From Actinomycetes bacterium (GTDB taxonomy: Bacteria > Actinomycetota > Acidimicrobiia > Acidimicrobiales > RAAP-2): a DNA stretch of 64,000 nt. Of the stretch, positions 12,592 through 22,929 are shown piece after piece. The notes beneath the pieces were generated by a model. The model had not been told where the DNA came from. It saw only the letters and a program-made list of their open reading frames with translations, and ran no database searches. Each line of letters opens with the position of its first letter. The first letter of the stretch is position 1. The position numbers were made by a program, and so were the translations under genes. The stretch covers positions 18,937 through 82,936 of the forward strand of contig JAJXUK010000003.1 in assembly GCA_021782915.1 (NCBI GenBank). Reading direction: 5' to 3'.

Positions 12592-13154
12592 CAGGGCTGG
12601 CCCACGAAGGTGTAGATGGCCCCGAGGTTGCGGTATCGCTCGTTGACGTCCAGGCCGTAGCCCACGACGAAGTCCGACGGGATCGTGAAGCCCACGTATT
12701 TCAGGTCCTGCTCGACGCGCTGCTCGCCCTCCTTGAGCAGCAGCGCGCAGACCTCGAGCGAGGCCGGCGCGCGCGCGCCCAGGTACTGGCGCAGGTAGTT
12801 CAGGGTGAGCCCCGAGTCGACCACGTCCTCGACGATCAGCACGTGGCGCTCGGCCAGGTCCACGTCCAGGTCCTTGACGATGCGTACCACGCCGCTGGTC
12901 TTGGTGGCCGCGCCGTAGGAGGACACGGCCATGAAGTCGACCTCGACCGGCAGGGCGATGGCGCGCATCAGGTCGCTCATGAAGTTGATCGCGCCCTTGA
13001 GCACGCACACCAGCAGCGGCGGGTGGTCCTCGTAGTCACGCGTGATCTGCGCGCCCAGCTCGCGCACGCGGCGGGCCACCTCGACCTGCGAGACGATCAC
13101 GCGGCCCAGGTCGTGCGCGGCCCAGGCGGTGTCCGCGTGCTCGTCGGGTCCCAT
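12591..13154 (-). CDS. hpt: hypoxanthine phosphoribosyltransferase
   Basis: 187 aa. PRPP loop [14 protein letters not shown] and [12 protein letters not shown]. 1-nt overlap (TGATG) with the folE start. Confidence 0.9.
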   Translation of the reverse strand: MGPDEHADTAWAAHDLGRVIVSQVEVARRVRELGAQITRDYEDHPPLLVCVLKGAINFMSDLMRAIALPVEVDFMAVSSYGAATKTSGVVRIVKDLDVDLAERHVLIVEDVVDSGLTLNYLRQYLGARAPASLEVCALLLKEGEQRVEQDLKYVGFTIPSDFVVGYGLDVNERYRNLGAIYTFVGQP

Positions 13155-13160
13155 GAGGGC

Positions 13161-14060
13161 TCAGCGTAGTGGAGTCGTCTCCCGCAGGCTCAGGCCCTGG
13201 CGGCGTCGCGAGAGCCGACGCGCGCCGCTGAGCTCGGTCGCCACCACCTCGCCGAGCACCACGCGCGTCGCGCGCTCGACCTCCTCGGCCGAGGGAGGGT
13301 GCACGCCGTCGGGCTCCTCGCGCGCGAGCACGACGCGCAGCCAGCGCCGCAGGCGAGCCACGGGCCAGGTCGCGAGCTCGCGACAGTCGGCCTCGCCCAG
13401 GCCCAGACGGGCGTCCTCGGCCGTGAGGGCGCCCAGCCAGGCCCGCTCCTCGCCCGCCAGGTGCGCCAGACGCGCGAGCAGGACCGCTACGTCGCGCTGG
13501 GCGACGTCGTTGAGCAGCGGCAGGACCTCGGCGCGCACGCGGTTTCGCCGGTAGCGCGCATCGGCGTTGGTCTCGTCGCGACGCGCCTGCAACCCGGCGG
13601 CCTCCACCACCGCCGCCACCTCGCCACGGCGCAGGTAGAGCAGGGGCTTGCTCTCGTCGCCCACCATCGGGGAGATCCCGTCGAGGCCCGCGCCGCGCAG
13701 CAGGTTCAGCAGGACCGTCTCGGCCAGGTCGTCAAGGGTGTGCCCGGTCATCACCCCCACCGGCAGCGCCGCGCGACGCGCGGCGCGTGCGCGGGCCTCG
13801 AAGTTCGCTCCCGGGCCAACGCGCACGTCGTGCACGCTCACCGGCACGCCCCAGCGCTCGGCGAGCTCGACCACGAAGGCCGCGTCCGCGCCGCTCGTGG
13901 GACGCGCGTGGTGATCCACGTGGTGCAGGTGCACGAGCAGCCCGGCCTCGCGCGCGAGCAGGGCCAGTCCGAGCGAGTCGGGCCCACCCGAGACCGCGAG
14001 GTCCACGGGCGTGCCGGGCGCCGGGAACCGGCACGAGGCCAAGAGCGCGTCGCTCGTCAC
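13161..14060 (-). CDS. tilS: tRNA(Ile)-lysidine synthase
   Basis: 299 aa. PP-loop DLAVSGGPDSLGL. Upstream of hpt as in most actinobacteria. Confidence 0.85.
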   Translation of the reverse strand: MTSDALLASCRFPAPGTPVDLAVSGGPDSLGLALLAREAGLLVHLHHVDHHARPTSGADAAFVVELAERWGVPVSVHDVRVGPGANFEARARAARRAALPVGVMTGHTLDDLAETVLLNLLRGAGLDGISPMVGDESKPLLYLRRGEVAAVVEAAGLQARRDETNADARYRRNRVRAEVLPLLNDVAQRDVAVLLARLAHLAGEERAWLGALTAEDARLGLGEADCRELATWPVARLRRWLRVVLAREEPDGVHPPSAEEVERATRVVLGEVVATELSGARRLSRRRQGLSLRETTPLR

Positions 14061-14069
14061 GGGCCAAGA

Positions 14070-14893
14070 CTAGGCAGGCTGTCGCGCGCGTCGCGCGAGA
14101 GCCCCCGCACGCAGACGCGCGAGCAGGTAGGCCAGCGAGGCCAGCGCGGTGATCCAGAAGCTCACCGGCCCGCCCACGCCCACCGCGAGGAAGAGCCCGA
14201 CCCAGCCGCTGAGCAGCGCCAGGCCCATCGAGCCGATCAGCGCGTCGAGCGGACGGCTGGTGAGCACCTCGGCCGCCGCCGCCGGGGCCACCAGCAGCGA
14301 GAAGACCAGGAGCACGCCGACCACCTGGACCGCGACCGCTGTCGTCACGGCCAGCAGCGACATGAACACGAGGGACATCGCGCGCACCGAGAGCCCGCGC
14401 GCCGCGGCCGACTGGGCGTCCACCGAGGCAAAGAGGAGCGGGCGGAACACCACGCTCACCGCGAGACCCACCAGCACGCTGAGCAGGGCCACGAGACGCA
14501 GGTCGCTGCTCGAGACCCCGAGGATCTGGCCGAAGAGGATCGAGTAGGTCGCGTTCGCGTAGCCGCGATAGAGCGAGATGAACAGCACGCCCAGACCCAG
14601 CGCCGCGGTCAGCGTCACGCCGACCACCGCGTCGCGGTCGTCGAGCTCGGCGCCGGCCGCGCCGATCACGAGTCCGGCACCCAGGCAGAAGACGAGCAGG
14701 CCGAAGATCGGCGAGAGCCCGAGCAGGACCGCGCCGGCCGCGCCGGCGAAGCCGATGTGCCCGACCGCGTGGGCGGCGAAGGCCTGGCGGCGCAGCACGA
14801 CGAAGTAGCCCACCGCACCCCCGGCCAGGGCCACGACGGTGACCGCCCAGAAGGCGTTCTGCACGAAGGACGTGGACAGCAGCTGCCAGAAGC

Positions 14894-14897
<4 letters not shown>
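14070..14897 (-). CDS. metal (Zn/Mn-type) ABC transporter permease, ABC-3 family
   Basis: 275 aa, polytopic and hydrophobic (FWQLLSTSFVQNAFWAVTVVALAGG...). In an operon with the ATPase and the cluster-9-type binding protein. Confidence 0.8.
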
Positions 14898-15780
<883 letters not shown>

Positions 15781-15790
<10 letters not shown>

Positions 15791-16677
15791 CCCTCCGTGG
15801 TCAACGCCGCACGGATCTGGGTGATCGTGCGCCCGATCCAGGCCGGGTAGTCACTGCCGCGCATCGTCTCGGTCACCCGGATGACCGGCACGCCGTTGGC
15901 CTCGGCCACGGACACCATCTGGGCGGTCAGCGGCGTGGCGGTCTGAACGTTGTCGATCAGCAGGGCCGGGTGCTGGCGCAGCTGGCCCAACGCCGTGGCC
16001 AGATCGGCCACCGACGGGTCGACCCCGTTGCCCACCGCGAGGCGCAACGCCTCCGGGGTCACCACGCGCAGGCCCATCGCACTGAGCAGGTAGCCCGTGA
16101 CGTCCTCGGTGGCCGCCACGGGCACCCCGGCGCAGCTCGCCCGCAGGTCGCTGACCTGGGCCTGCAGCCGAGCGATCCGGGCGAGCACGGCGCTCGCGCT
16201 CGCCTCGAGGCGCCTCGCGCCCAGGCGCGGCGACTCCAGGGCCACGAGGCGCTCGACGAATCGCCGCGCGGCGGCCAGGTCGTAGAACACGTGCGGGTTC
16301 CGCCCGGCACTCACGCCCACCAGGGCGGCCACGTCGATCACCGGCGGCGGGCTCGGGCGGGCCGCGACCAGCTGGCTGAGCCAGGTGTCGTAGCCGGCGC
16401 CGTTCTCAATCACGAGGGTGGCCTCGGCGACCCGCGCGGCGTCCGTGGTCGTGGCCTCGTGGTCGTGCGGGTCGGCGTTGGGATCGCTCAGCAGCGTCAC
16501 CACGTTGGCCGACGGGCCCAGCACGTCGCGCGCGAGAGCACCCCACTGGGTGACCCCCGAGACCACGACCGGCACGCGAGAACTCGGCACGCGCAGCCCG
16601 AGCACGGCCATGCCGGCCATGACCCCCAGGGCCAGCACGAGTGCCACCACGCGTAGGAGCGACTTGCTCGGAATCAT
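15781..16677 (-). CDS. metal ABC transporter substrate-binding protein (ZnuA/TroA-like)
   Basis: 298 aa from ATG 16677 (MIPSKSLLRVVALVLALGVMAG signal/anchor). NADPHDHE and NPHVFYD metal-site-like motifs. The longer ORF-track start at 17085 overlaps the Fur gene on the opposite strand. Confidence 0.8.
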
Positions 16678-16688
16678 TCCAGTCAGTG

Positions 16689-16709
16689 TATCCAGAATCA
16701 TTCTAGATA
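16689..16709. promoter_or_regulatory. candidate Zur/Fur operator in the divergent promoter region
   Basis: AT-rich 10-1-10 inverted repeat TATCCAGAAT-C-ATTCTAGATA with one mismatch. It lies in the 60-nt gap between the ABC operon start (16677) and the Fur-family gene start (16738). The core GAATCATTC resembles actinobacterial Zur boxes. Confidence 0.55.
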
Positions 16710-16737
16710 GCAAGCCCGCCGTCGATAGACTGTCGAC

Positions 16738-17130
16738 GTGGTCCAGACGCGCAACACGCTCCAGCGCCGCGAGGTCATCGCCACCCTCGAGCGCGCTCAG
16801 GGCTTCCTGAGCGCCCAGGACCTGCACGCGATGATCGTGCAGCGGGGGGGGCGGATCTCGCTGGCCACCGTGTACGCCCAGCTCAGACGCCTGGCCGAGG
16901 ACGGCGCGCTGGACGTGATCATGAGCGATCGCGGCGAGAGCCTCTTTCGTCGCTGCGGGGTGGAGGTGCACCATCACCACCTGGCCTGTCGCGACTGCGG
17001 TGCGACCATCGAGGTGCCCACCCCCGACCTCGACCAGTGGTCGCGCGAGATCGCGACGCGCTTCGGCTACCGCGACGTGCGCCACGTCTTCGAACTCTCC
17101 GGGATCTGCCCCGCGTGCCAGACGAGCTGA
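16738..17130 (+). CDS. Fur-family metalloregulator (Zur-like)
   Basis: 130 aa, GTG start. Winged-helix N-domain (RREVIATLERAQGFLSAQDL), HHHH run, and two CxxC pairs (CRDC, CPAC). Divergent from the metal ABC operon. Confidence 0.8.
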   Translation: MVQTRNTLQRREVIATLERAQGFLSAQDLHAMIVQRGGRISLATVYAQLRRLAEDGALDVIMSDRGESLFRRCGVEVHHHHLACRDCGATIEVPTPDLDQWSREIATRFGYRDVRHVFELSGICPACQTS

Positions 17131-17162
17131 ACCCGAGCTGGGAGCGTCGCGGGGCCCTCGGG

Positions 17163-17873
17163 GTGCTGAGCCTGGGCCTGCGCGAATGGGGGGTGGACGC
17201 GGTCATCACCACGCGCGCCGGCGGCGTCAGCGAGGCCCCGTACGACTCGCTCAACCTGGCCACGCACGTCGGAGACGACCCGCACCGCGTCCAGGTGAAC
17301 CGGGCCCGCCTGGCCGCGGCGATGCGCGTCGGCCCGGAGCGCCTGGTGAGCGTGGCCCAGGTGCACTCCAACGAGGTGCTCGAGGTCGAGGGCCCCGTGA
17401 CGGGCCAGGCCGACGCGCTCGTGAGCTCCTCGCGAGACCTCGCCGTGATGGTTCTGGTCGCCGACTGCCTGCCGATCCTGCTGGTGGACGCGGCGCAGCG
17501 ACGCGTGGGCGTCGTGCACGCCGGCTGGCGCGGCCTGGCCGCCGGGGTCATCGCGGCAGCCGTGGAGCGCTTCGAGGATCCCGCCCGCGTCCTCGGCGTC
17601 GTCGGGCCGGGGATCTCGGTGCGGGCCTACCAGGTCGGCCCGGAGGTCGCCCGCCACTTCTCCGAGGTGCCCGGCGCGCTGGCCTCCGACCACGGGGACC
17701 GCTCACGTCTCGACCTGCGCGTGGTGGCCCTCGCCCAACTCGCCGCGGCCGGCCTGGCCGCCGAGCGAGTGCGCTACGTGCCCGCGGCCACCGACGGCGG
17801 TGCGCGCTTCTTCTCGGACCGCGCAAGTCGGCCCACCGGTCGCTTCGCGCTCAGCGCACGAGTCCTAGCATGA
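17163..17873 (+). CDS. pgeF: YfiH/PgeF-family protein (peptidoglycan editing factor / laccase-domain protein)
   Basis: Motifs TTRAGGVS, NLATHVGDD, VADCLPILL and VVHAGWRG. The start is uncertain: in-frame GTG 17163 is chosen, while CTG 17127 or the ORF-track start 17037 would overlap the Fur gene. Confidence 0.8.
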   Translation: MLSLGLREWGVDAVITTRAGGVSEAPYDSLNLATHVGDDPHRVQVNRARLAAAMRVGPERLVSVAQVHSNEVLEVEGPVTGQADALVSSSRDLAVMVLVADCLPILLVDAAQRRVGVVHAGWRGLAAGVIAAAVERFEDPARVLGVVGPGISVRAYQVGPEVARHFSEVPGALASDHGDRSRLDLRVVALAQLAAAGLAAERVRYVPAATDGGARFFSDRASRPTGRFALSARVLA

Positions 17874-17880
17874 GGGCGCC

Positions 17881-19167
17881 ATGACGACGCCGCGCCGCGC
17901 CGAGGTCTTCGCCTACCGCGGCCTGCAGGTCGAGGGCACGACCCTGTCTGCGCACTACCGCCTCGACGAGATCGACTTCACCGAGCTCGTCGAGTTCGAG
18001 GGCGTCGAGAGCCTCGGGGCCCCGGCGCGCGCGGTGGCCACGCTCTGGTACCTCGTGGCCGGGCTCTCCTACTACAAGGCCGGGGCCGCCCGCGTGATCG
18101 ACCTGGGCGAGACGCCGGTGGGTCCGGCCGCGCGCGCCCTGCTCGCGGCCAGCCTGCACGACGGGCTCGGCGAGTTCAGCGTGGTCAACGACCTGTCCCT
18201 CGAGGACGTTCAGATCATCGGCGGCGCGCGCGGCGCGCGAGAATCGGCCGACCTGGACGCGACGCGGGTGCTCGTGCCCTTCGGCGGCGGCATCGACTCG
18301 GTCGTCAGCCTCGAGTCGCTGAGCCCGTCCCTTCAGCGCGCGCTCTTCATCGTGTCACCGGCGAGCGGGCGCTTCAGCGCCCTCGAGGCGACGGCGGCGC
18401 TGAGCCGCCTCGAGATCGTGCGCGCCACGCGATCCCTGGACGAGCGACTGCTCAGCGGAGACGCGTCCTTTCTGCGCGGGCACGTCCCGGTCACGGCGAT
18501 GGTGACGCTGCTCGCGGCGACCGCGGCGGTGGCCAGCGCACGCGGCGGCGTCGTGATGAGCAACGAGCACTCGGCGTCGGTGCCGAATCTGACCTGGCGG
18601 GGCCGGCCGATCAACCACCAGTGGAGCAAGTCCCTGGCCGCCGAGGTCCTCTTGTCCAACGCCCTGGACGAGAGCGTCACGTCGCTCAGCGTGGCGAGCC
18701 TGCTGCGCAGTCGCAGCGAGATCTGGGTCGCCGAGCGCTTCAGCCGGCTCACCGACTACCACCCGGTCTTTCGCAGCTGCAACCGCGCCTTCGCCCAGGA
18801 CCCGGCGCGCCGCTTGAGCAACTGGTGCGGCGAGTGCGACAAGTGCCTCTTCATCGCCCTGGTGCTGGCTCCCTTCGTGGCCCGCGAGCACCTCGCGGGC
18901 ATCTTCGGCTCCGAGCCCCTGGCCAACCCCGAGCGTCGCGACCAGCTCGAGGTGCTCGTCGGCCTGGGTGCGACGCCCAAGCCCTTCGAGTGCGTGGGCG
19001 ACCCGCACGAGAGTGCCGCCGCGCTGGCCGCGGTGGCGGCCGATCCGGCCTGGGCCGATGTCGACTACCTGCACGAGGTGGCTGTGCGCCTGAACTCGCC
19101 GAAGAGTCTCGACGAACTGCTCACGCCCCGAGGACCCAGCCGTGCGCCGGCCCACTGGCTTCGCTGA
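17881..19167 (+). CDS. murL: MurL-like protein (putative UDP-MurNAc-L-Ala-L-Glu epimerase)
   Basis: 428 aa. PP-loop-like VPFGGGIDSV and C-terminal Cys cluster NWCGECDKC. Overlaps the following Mur-ligase gene by 26 nt. The assignment rests on gene pairing and size, not on a search. Confidence 0.55.
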   Translation: MTTPRRAEVFAYRGLQVEGTTLSAHYRLDEIDFTELVEFEGVESLGAPARAVATLWYLVAGLSYYKAGAARVIDLGETPVGPAARALLAASLHDGLGEFSVVNDLSLEDVQIIGGARGARESADLDATRVLVPFGGGIDSVVSLESLSPSLQRALFIVSPASGRFSALEATAALSRLEIVRATRSLDERLLSGDASFLRGHVPVTAMVTLLAATAAVASARGGVVMSNEHSASVPNLTWRGRPINHQWSKSLAAEVLLSNALDESVTSLSVASLLRSRSEIWVAERFSRLTDYHPVFRSCNRAFAQDPARRLSNWCGECDKCLFIALVLAPFVAREHLAGIFGSEPLANPERRDQLEVLVGLGATPKPFECVGDPHESAAALAAVAADPAWADVDYLHEVAVRLNSPKSLDELLTPRGPSRAPAHWLR

Positions 19168-20437
19168 GCTCGCGGGCCGGCGCGTGGGCGTCTTCGGCTA
19201 CGGCGTCGAGGGCCGCGCCAGCGCGAGGCGCCTGGCGAGCGTCGCGGCGAGCCTCGTGATCGTGGACGACGAGCCAGTCAGCGACGAGGTGATGGTCACG
19301 AGCGCCGGGGGCCTCGCGGCCCTAGCCACGTGCGAGGTCGTGCTCAAGAGCCCGGGCATCCCACGCCGGCGCGCGGACGTGCTCGAGCTCGAGGCAGCGG
19401 GCGTGATCGTGACCTCCTCACTGAACCTTTGGCTGCACGAGGCGCCGCGCGAGCGAGTGATCGCCGTGACGGGCACCAAGGGAAAGTCCACCACCACCAG
19501 TCTCATCAGCTTCTTTCTCGACAGCCTGGGCCAGGAGGCGGCCAGTCTGGGCAACATCGGACGGCCTCCCTACGATCCTGAGGCGCCGAGCCCGGCGGGC
19601 TGGCTCGTCCTGGAGGTCTCGAGCTTCCAGGCCGTGGACCTCGACCGAGCTCCCGCGTTCGTCGTGGTGACCTCACTCGGCAGCGACCACCTTGACTGGC
19701 ACGGCTCGCTCGAGCAGTACTGGGCGGACAAGCTCTCCCTCACTCGCGCCCGCGGCGAGCACCACACGTACGTGACGCCGTCAGTCCTCTCGCTCGCGGC
19801 AGACCAGCTCGGTGGCGAGATCCACGTCGTCGAGCCCGATGACGCGGGACTCGCCGAACGACTCGGCCTCTTGGGTCAGCACAACAGGTCCAACGTGGCC
19901 CTGGCCCTCACCGTCGTCGCCAACGTGCTCAGGCGAGATCACGGCGACGTACTCGCTGCCGTATCCGAGGACGCCGAGAGCTTCGTGCCCTTGCGCGGTC
20001 GACTCACGCTACTGGGTGAGGAGCATCTCACACACGGGCGGCTGCGCTACGTCGACGATGGTCTGGCCACCGCACCCCTTCCCACCATCGCGGCCCTGGA
20101 AGTCTTCCCCAACGAGTCACTCGCACTCATCGCCGGCGGCTTCGATCGTGGCGTCGACTACGCGCCCCTCGTGGACGCCCTCCTGGAGCGCACCTCTCCG
20201 ACAATTCTGATCACGATGGGAGCGGCCGGTGAGCGGCTCGGGTCCCTGGCGCGACAGAGCGGGTTGCGAGTACGCAGCGTGCAGGATATGGCCGAGGCGG
20301 TCGCAGCGGCTCGCGAGGCTCTCGTGGCGGGCGGCGTGGTCCTCTTCTCACCCGCGGCACCGAGTTTCGACCGCTATCGCAACTGGCTGGAGAGAAGTGA
20401 TGACTACGCGGCACAGATCCGGACGAGCGCTTCCTGA
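19142..20437 (+). CDS. murD2: MurD-type Mur ligase outside a dcw cluster (putative UDP-MurNAc-L-Ala--L-Glu ligase MurD2)
   Basis: 431 aa. N-terminal Rossmann VGVFGYGVEGRA, ATP P-loop VTGTKGKSTT, Mur-ligase middle and C-domains (SLGSDHLDWHGS). Mur ligase family is certain; the MurD2 subtype is inferred. Confidence 0.6.
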   Translation: MRRPTGFAELAGRRVGVFGYGVEGRASARRLASVAASLVIVDDEPVSDEVMVTSAGGLAALATCEVVLKSPGIPRRRADVLELEAAGVIVTSSLNLWLHEAPRERVIAVTGTKGKSTTTSLISFFLDSLGQEAASLGNIGRPPYDPEAPSPAGWLVLEVSSFQAVDLDRAPAFVVVTSLGSDHLDWHGSLEQYWADKLSLTRARGEHHTYVTPSVLSLAADQLGGEIHVVEPDDAGLAERLGLLGQHNRSNVALALTVVANVLRRDHGDVLAAVSEDAESFVPLRGRLTLLGEEHLTHGRLRYVDDGLATAPLPTIAALEVFPNESLALIAGGFDRGVDYAPLVDALLERTSPTILITMGAAGERLGSLARQSGLRVRSVQDMAEAVAAAREALVAGGVVLFSPAAPSFDRYRNWLERSDDYAAQIRTSAS

Positions 20438-20450
20438 TGGCACTTCGATC

Positions 20451-21815
20451 TCACGCAACGTCCGCAGCCTCGCTCGACGTGAGTCGGGCGCCCAGGGCGC
20501 TGACAGTGGCCCGGCGCCACCGTAGGGCACCCCACGCCAGGAGCATCAACGCGCTCATCCGGAACATGACTGCCCCTTCGAGCATGTGCCGGTCCGTCTC
20601 CTGACCGGAGGTGTCCCACGCGGCCAGCATGGTTGCCACGCCGATCACACCCAGTGCGATCAGGATCCACGTTGTGCGATCCACTCTCCTCAGCAGCATG
20701 AATCCGAGAAGTATGCCGAGGAGAGCCTCGCCCACGCACCAGCGCCAGCCGGGATAGAGGAGCGCGGACCACGGTGCATCAGTGCGGTTGGGCGCCGCGT
20801 ACACGAGCACGTTGCCCCCATCGGAGTAGTACGCCCAGCCCGGGTGAGCGATCGGATCACTGAGCAGTGTGAGTGGGTGCGTGAGGAGCCACTGCACGTA
20901 CAGTGATTCTCCGTGTGACGCCAGCCACGAAGTGACGACCGGCGAGGTGGCGATGACCACCTTGCCCGATGGGCTGGCCGGCGTCCGTGCCGCCTGCCGA
21001 TCGATGCCGGGCGCATCCGGCATGCCGTGGGCGGCGAACCACGCCACTCGGCCGGGAAGCGGGAAGACGCGCGTCGCGTAGAGTGACGGCATCTCCAGCG
21101 AGGTGACGCCGGACTGCTTCGCGAGCCCGCTCGAGAGCAGAGCCACTAGGAGCAGCAGCCCGAAGAGGACGACACCCCGCCTGCGAGAGCGGTCCGGGCG
21201 TCGTCGGCTGACATCAACAACGAGCACGACGAGAGCCACGAGAGCCACGGGGACGATCTGGGAGTAGCGAACAAGGACGTTCAGGAGTGCCGCCAGGACG
21301 ACATACGCGGCCTGACGAGTGGAGCCCCCGCCCGCGTATCTCAGAACTGCCGCCATCAGCACGGCGACCGCGCTGAGCGCCAACGAATCCGACAGGACCG
21401 ATCGGTTCCAGATCATGACGGGTGCGCTGGAGGCAAATACGAGCACCAGGACTGTGGCTGATGCTCGGCGCAGAAGCCCGGTGAAGAACGTGGCGAACGT
21501 TGAAGCGAGGAACAGCCACGACGCAACGAAGATGACCGACTGGGCGAGCGTGAAACCCGACGCACCACCCGTGAGCTTCCACAACAGCGACGTCAGCGGT
21601 GGCTTTATGCCGTACCAGAATCGAGCGCTCCAGATAGGCAGTCCCGCCTGGGCCTGGTAGAGGGTGGTGTCGGGCCACAGACGGGCCGGCGTGATGGTCG
21701 CTTGCCACACGATGTACCAGGAGAAGGCGACAGCGAGCGAGCGCTGCACCCACCACTCGTCCTCGCGGGCGTGACGTACCTGCGCTAGCCAGCCGCTCAG
21801 CCCACGCTCCGCCAT
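20451..21815 (-). CDS. polytopic membrane protein, GT-C-like glycosyltransferase candidate
   Basis: About 454 aa from ATG 21815, preceded by GGGAGAG. About 10 hydrophobic segments, an acidic motif REDEWW before TM1, and a soluble loop before the last 3 TMs. GC is lower than the flanks. Confidence 0.45.
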   Translation of the reverse strand: MAERGLSGWLAQVRHAREDEWWVQRSLAVAFSWYIVWQATITPARLWPDTTLYQAQAGLPIWSARFWYGIKPPLTSLLWKLTGGASGFTLAQSVIFVASWLFLASTFATFFTGLLRRASATVLVLVFASSAPVMIWNRSVLSDSLALSAVAVLMAAVLRYAGGGSTRQAAYVVLAALLNVLVRYSQIVPVALVALVVLVVDVSRRRPDRSRRRGVVLFGLLLLVALLSSGLAKQSGVTSLEMPSLYATRVFPLPGRVAWFAAHGMPDAPGIDRQAARTPASPSGKVVIATSPVVTSWLASHGESLYVQWLLTHPLTLLSDPIAHPGWAYYSDGGNVLVYAAPNRTDAPWSALLYPGWRWCVGEALLGILLGFMLLRRVDRTTWILIALGVIGVATMLAAWDTSGQETDRHMLEGAVMFRMSALMLLAWGALRWRRATVSALGARLTSSEAADVA

Positions 21816-21940
21816 CTCGCTCTCCCGACTTAGAGACTCCGCGACAAGGACCTCATTAGACACCACCCTCGGAACAGCTCACACGTGCCATAGAGGACAT
21901 GAGCCTCCTCACGTCAGGGCGAGGTCGCCGCCGACCACCT

Positions 21941-22750
21941 TCAGCATCCCTTGTCCAGATCCACACCGGCGCTGCTCGTGCCACTCTGAGCCAGCCAGGT
22001 GGGCCCGCCGGCCATCTGGGAGGAGCCCGTAGTGCTCGGGCAGGCACCGCCGGCCACCCACACCCCCGAGAGCGCGGGCACCGGACGTGGTGGCGCCCAG
22101 GTGAGCGAGCCCGTGATCGATCCCCACATTGCCGGTGAGGAGTAGTAGCCGAAGGGAACGCCCGCGCTAGACATGCCGGAGGAGAGCCCGTCGATGACGT
22201 ACCGGTTCAGCGTCGTGTTGGCGGACCAGCTGTTGAGGGTCTCGACGTCCGCCCACCACGCGCTGGGCCTCCCCGGCTGCACGCCCTGGGCGTAGAGCGC
22301 CTCGGAGCAGCCGATCTCCCAGGCCTGCTGCTCCTGGGACTTCTCGTGCCGGGAGCTGCCCCACGCGACCGCGGCCGAGCCAAGGTCAGTCACGCACGTC
22401 GGGTTGATGCTCTTCGCGTACCCGCCGGCGTAGCCGGTGTTGAAGTACAGCGACCGACTGGTGATGCTCGTTACTTTCGAAGCAGCCGTCCACTCGTCGC
22501 TAGCGCACGTGTTGGCGGTGAAGGGTCGACCCCCGCCCACGCCGATGATCGCAAAGGACGCACTGCTCGGCAGCGGCGAGTTGCAGTTGGGGTACGAGAC
22601 GTCGTATCCGGTGCCGGTGTAGATGCCGCTCACGGACGCACCGGCCGGCACCGTGCCCCCGAGCAGGGCCAGCGCGCCGACGGCGACGCCGAGACGCTCG
22701 ACGAGGCGACCTCGGCGACGCGTGCTCGTCTGTCGTTGCGTGCTCAGCAT
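21941..22750 (-). CDS. secreted protein, GH25/DUF1906-like glycoside-hydrolase-fold candidate
   Basis: About 269 aa from ATG 22750. Basic N-region plus hydrophobic signal (RLGVAVGALALLGGTVPAGA), then GTGYDVSYPNCN and Cys pairs. Fold call is tentative. Confidence 0.4.
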   Translation of the reverse strand: MLSTQRQTSTRRRGRLVERLGVAVGALALLGGTVPAGASVSGIYTGTGYDVSYPNCNSPLPSSASFAIIGVGGGRPFTANTCASDEWTAASKVTSITSRSLYFNTGYAGGYAKSINPTCVTDLGSAAVAWGSSRHEKSQEQQAWEIGCSEALYAQGVQPGRPSAWWADVETLNSWSANTTLNRYVIDGLSSGMSSAGVPFGYYSSPAMWGSITGSLTWAPPRPVPALSGVWVAGGACPSTTGSSQMAGGPTWLAQSGTSSAGVDLDKGC

Positions 22751-22929
22751 GCCGGCCCCCTTGCGAATGTGCTCCACGAACAGTACGCGATCGCGCGAGC
22801 GCGCAGCGGTCACGCCCGCTCCTTTGTCGCCAGCGCGGAGACTTCGAAAGCTGATTCAGGAAGGACCTCGGCGAAGCCCGAACCCCGAGAATGCCCGCAC
22901 GCGTCGGGGCACCAGCGTGCGACGCGCAG

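Noticed and set aside
12592-13008. Upstream extensions of folE (to 13008), of the metal-binding protein gene (16678-17085) and of the crotonase gene (56332-56661)
   Set aside because: All are Arg/Gly/Pro-rich, overlap neighbouring well-supported genes, and precede an internal start that gives a canonical N-terminus or signal peptide.
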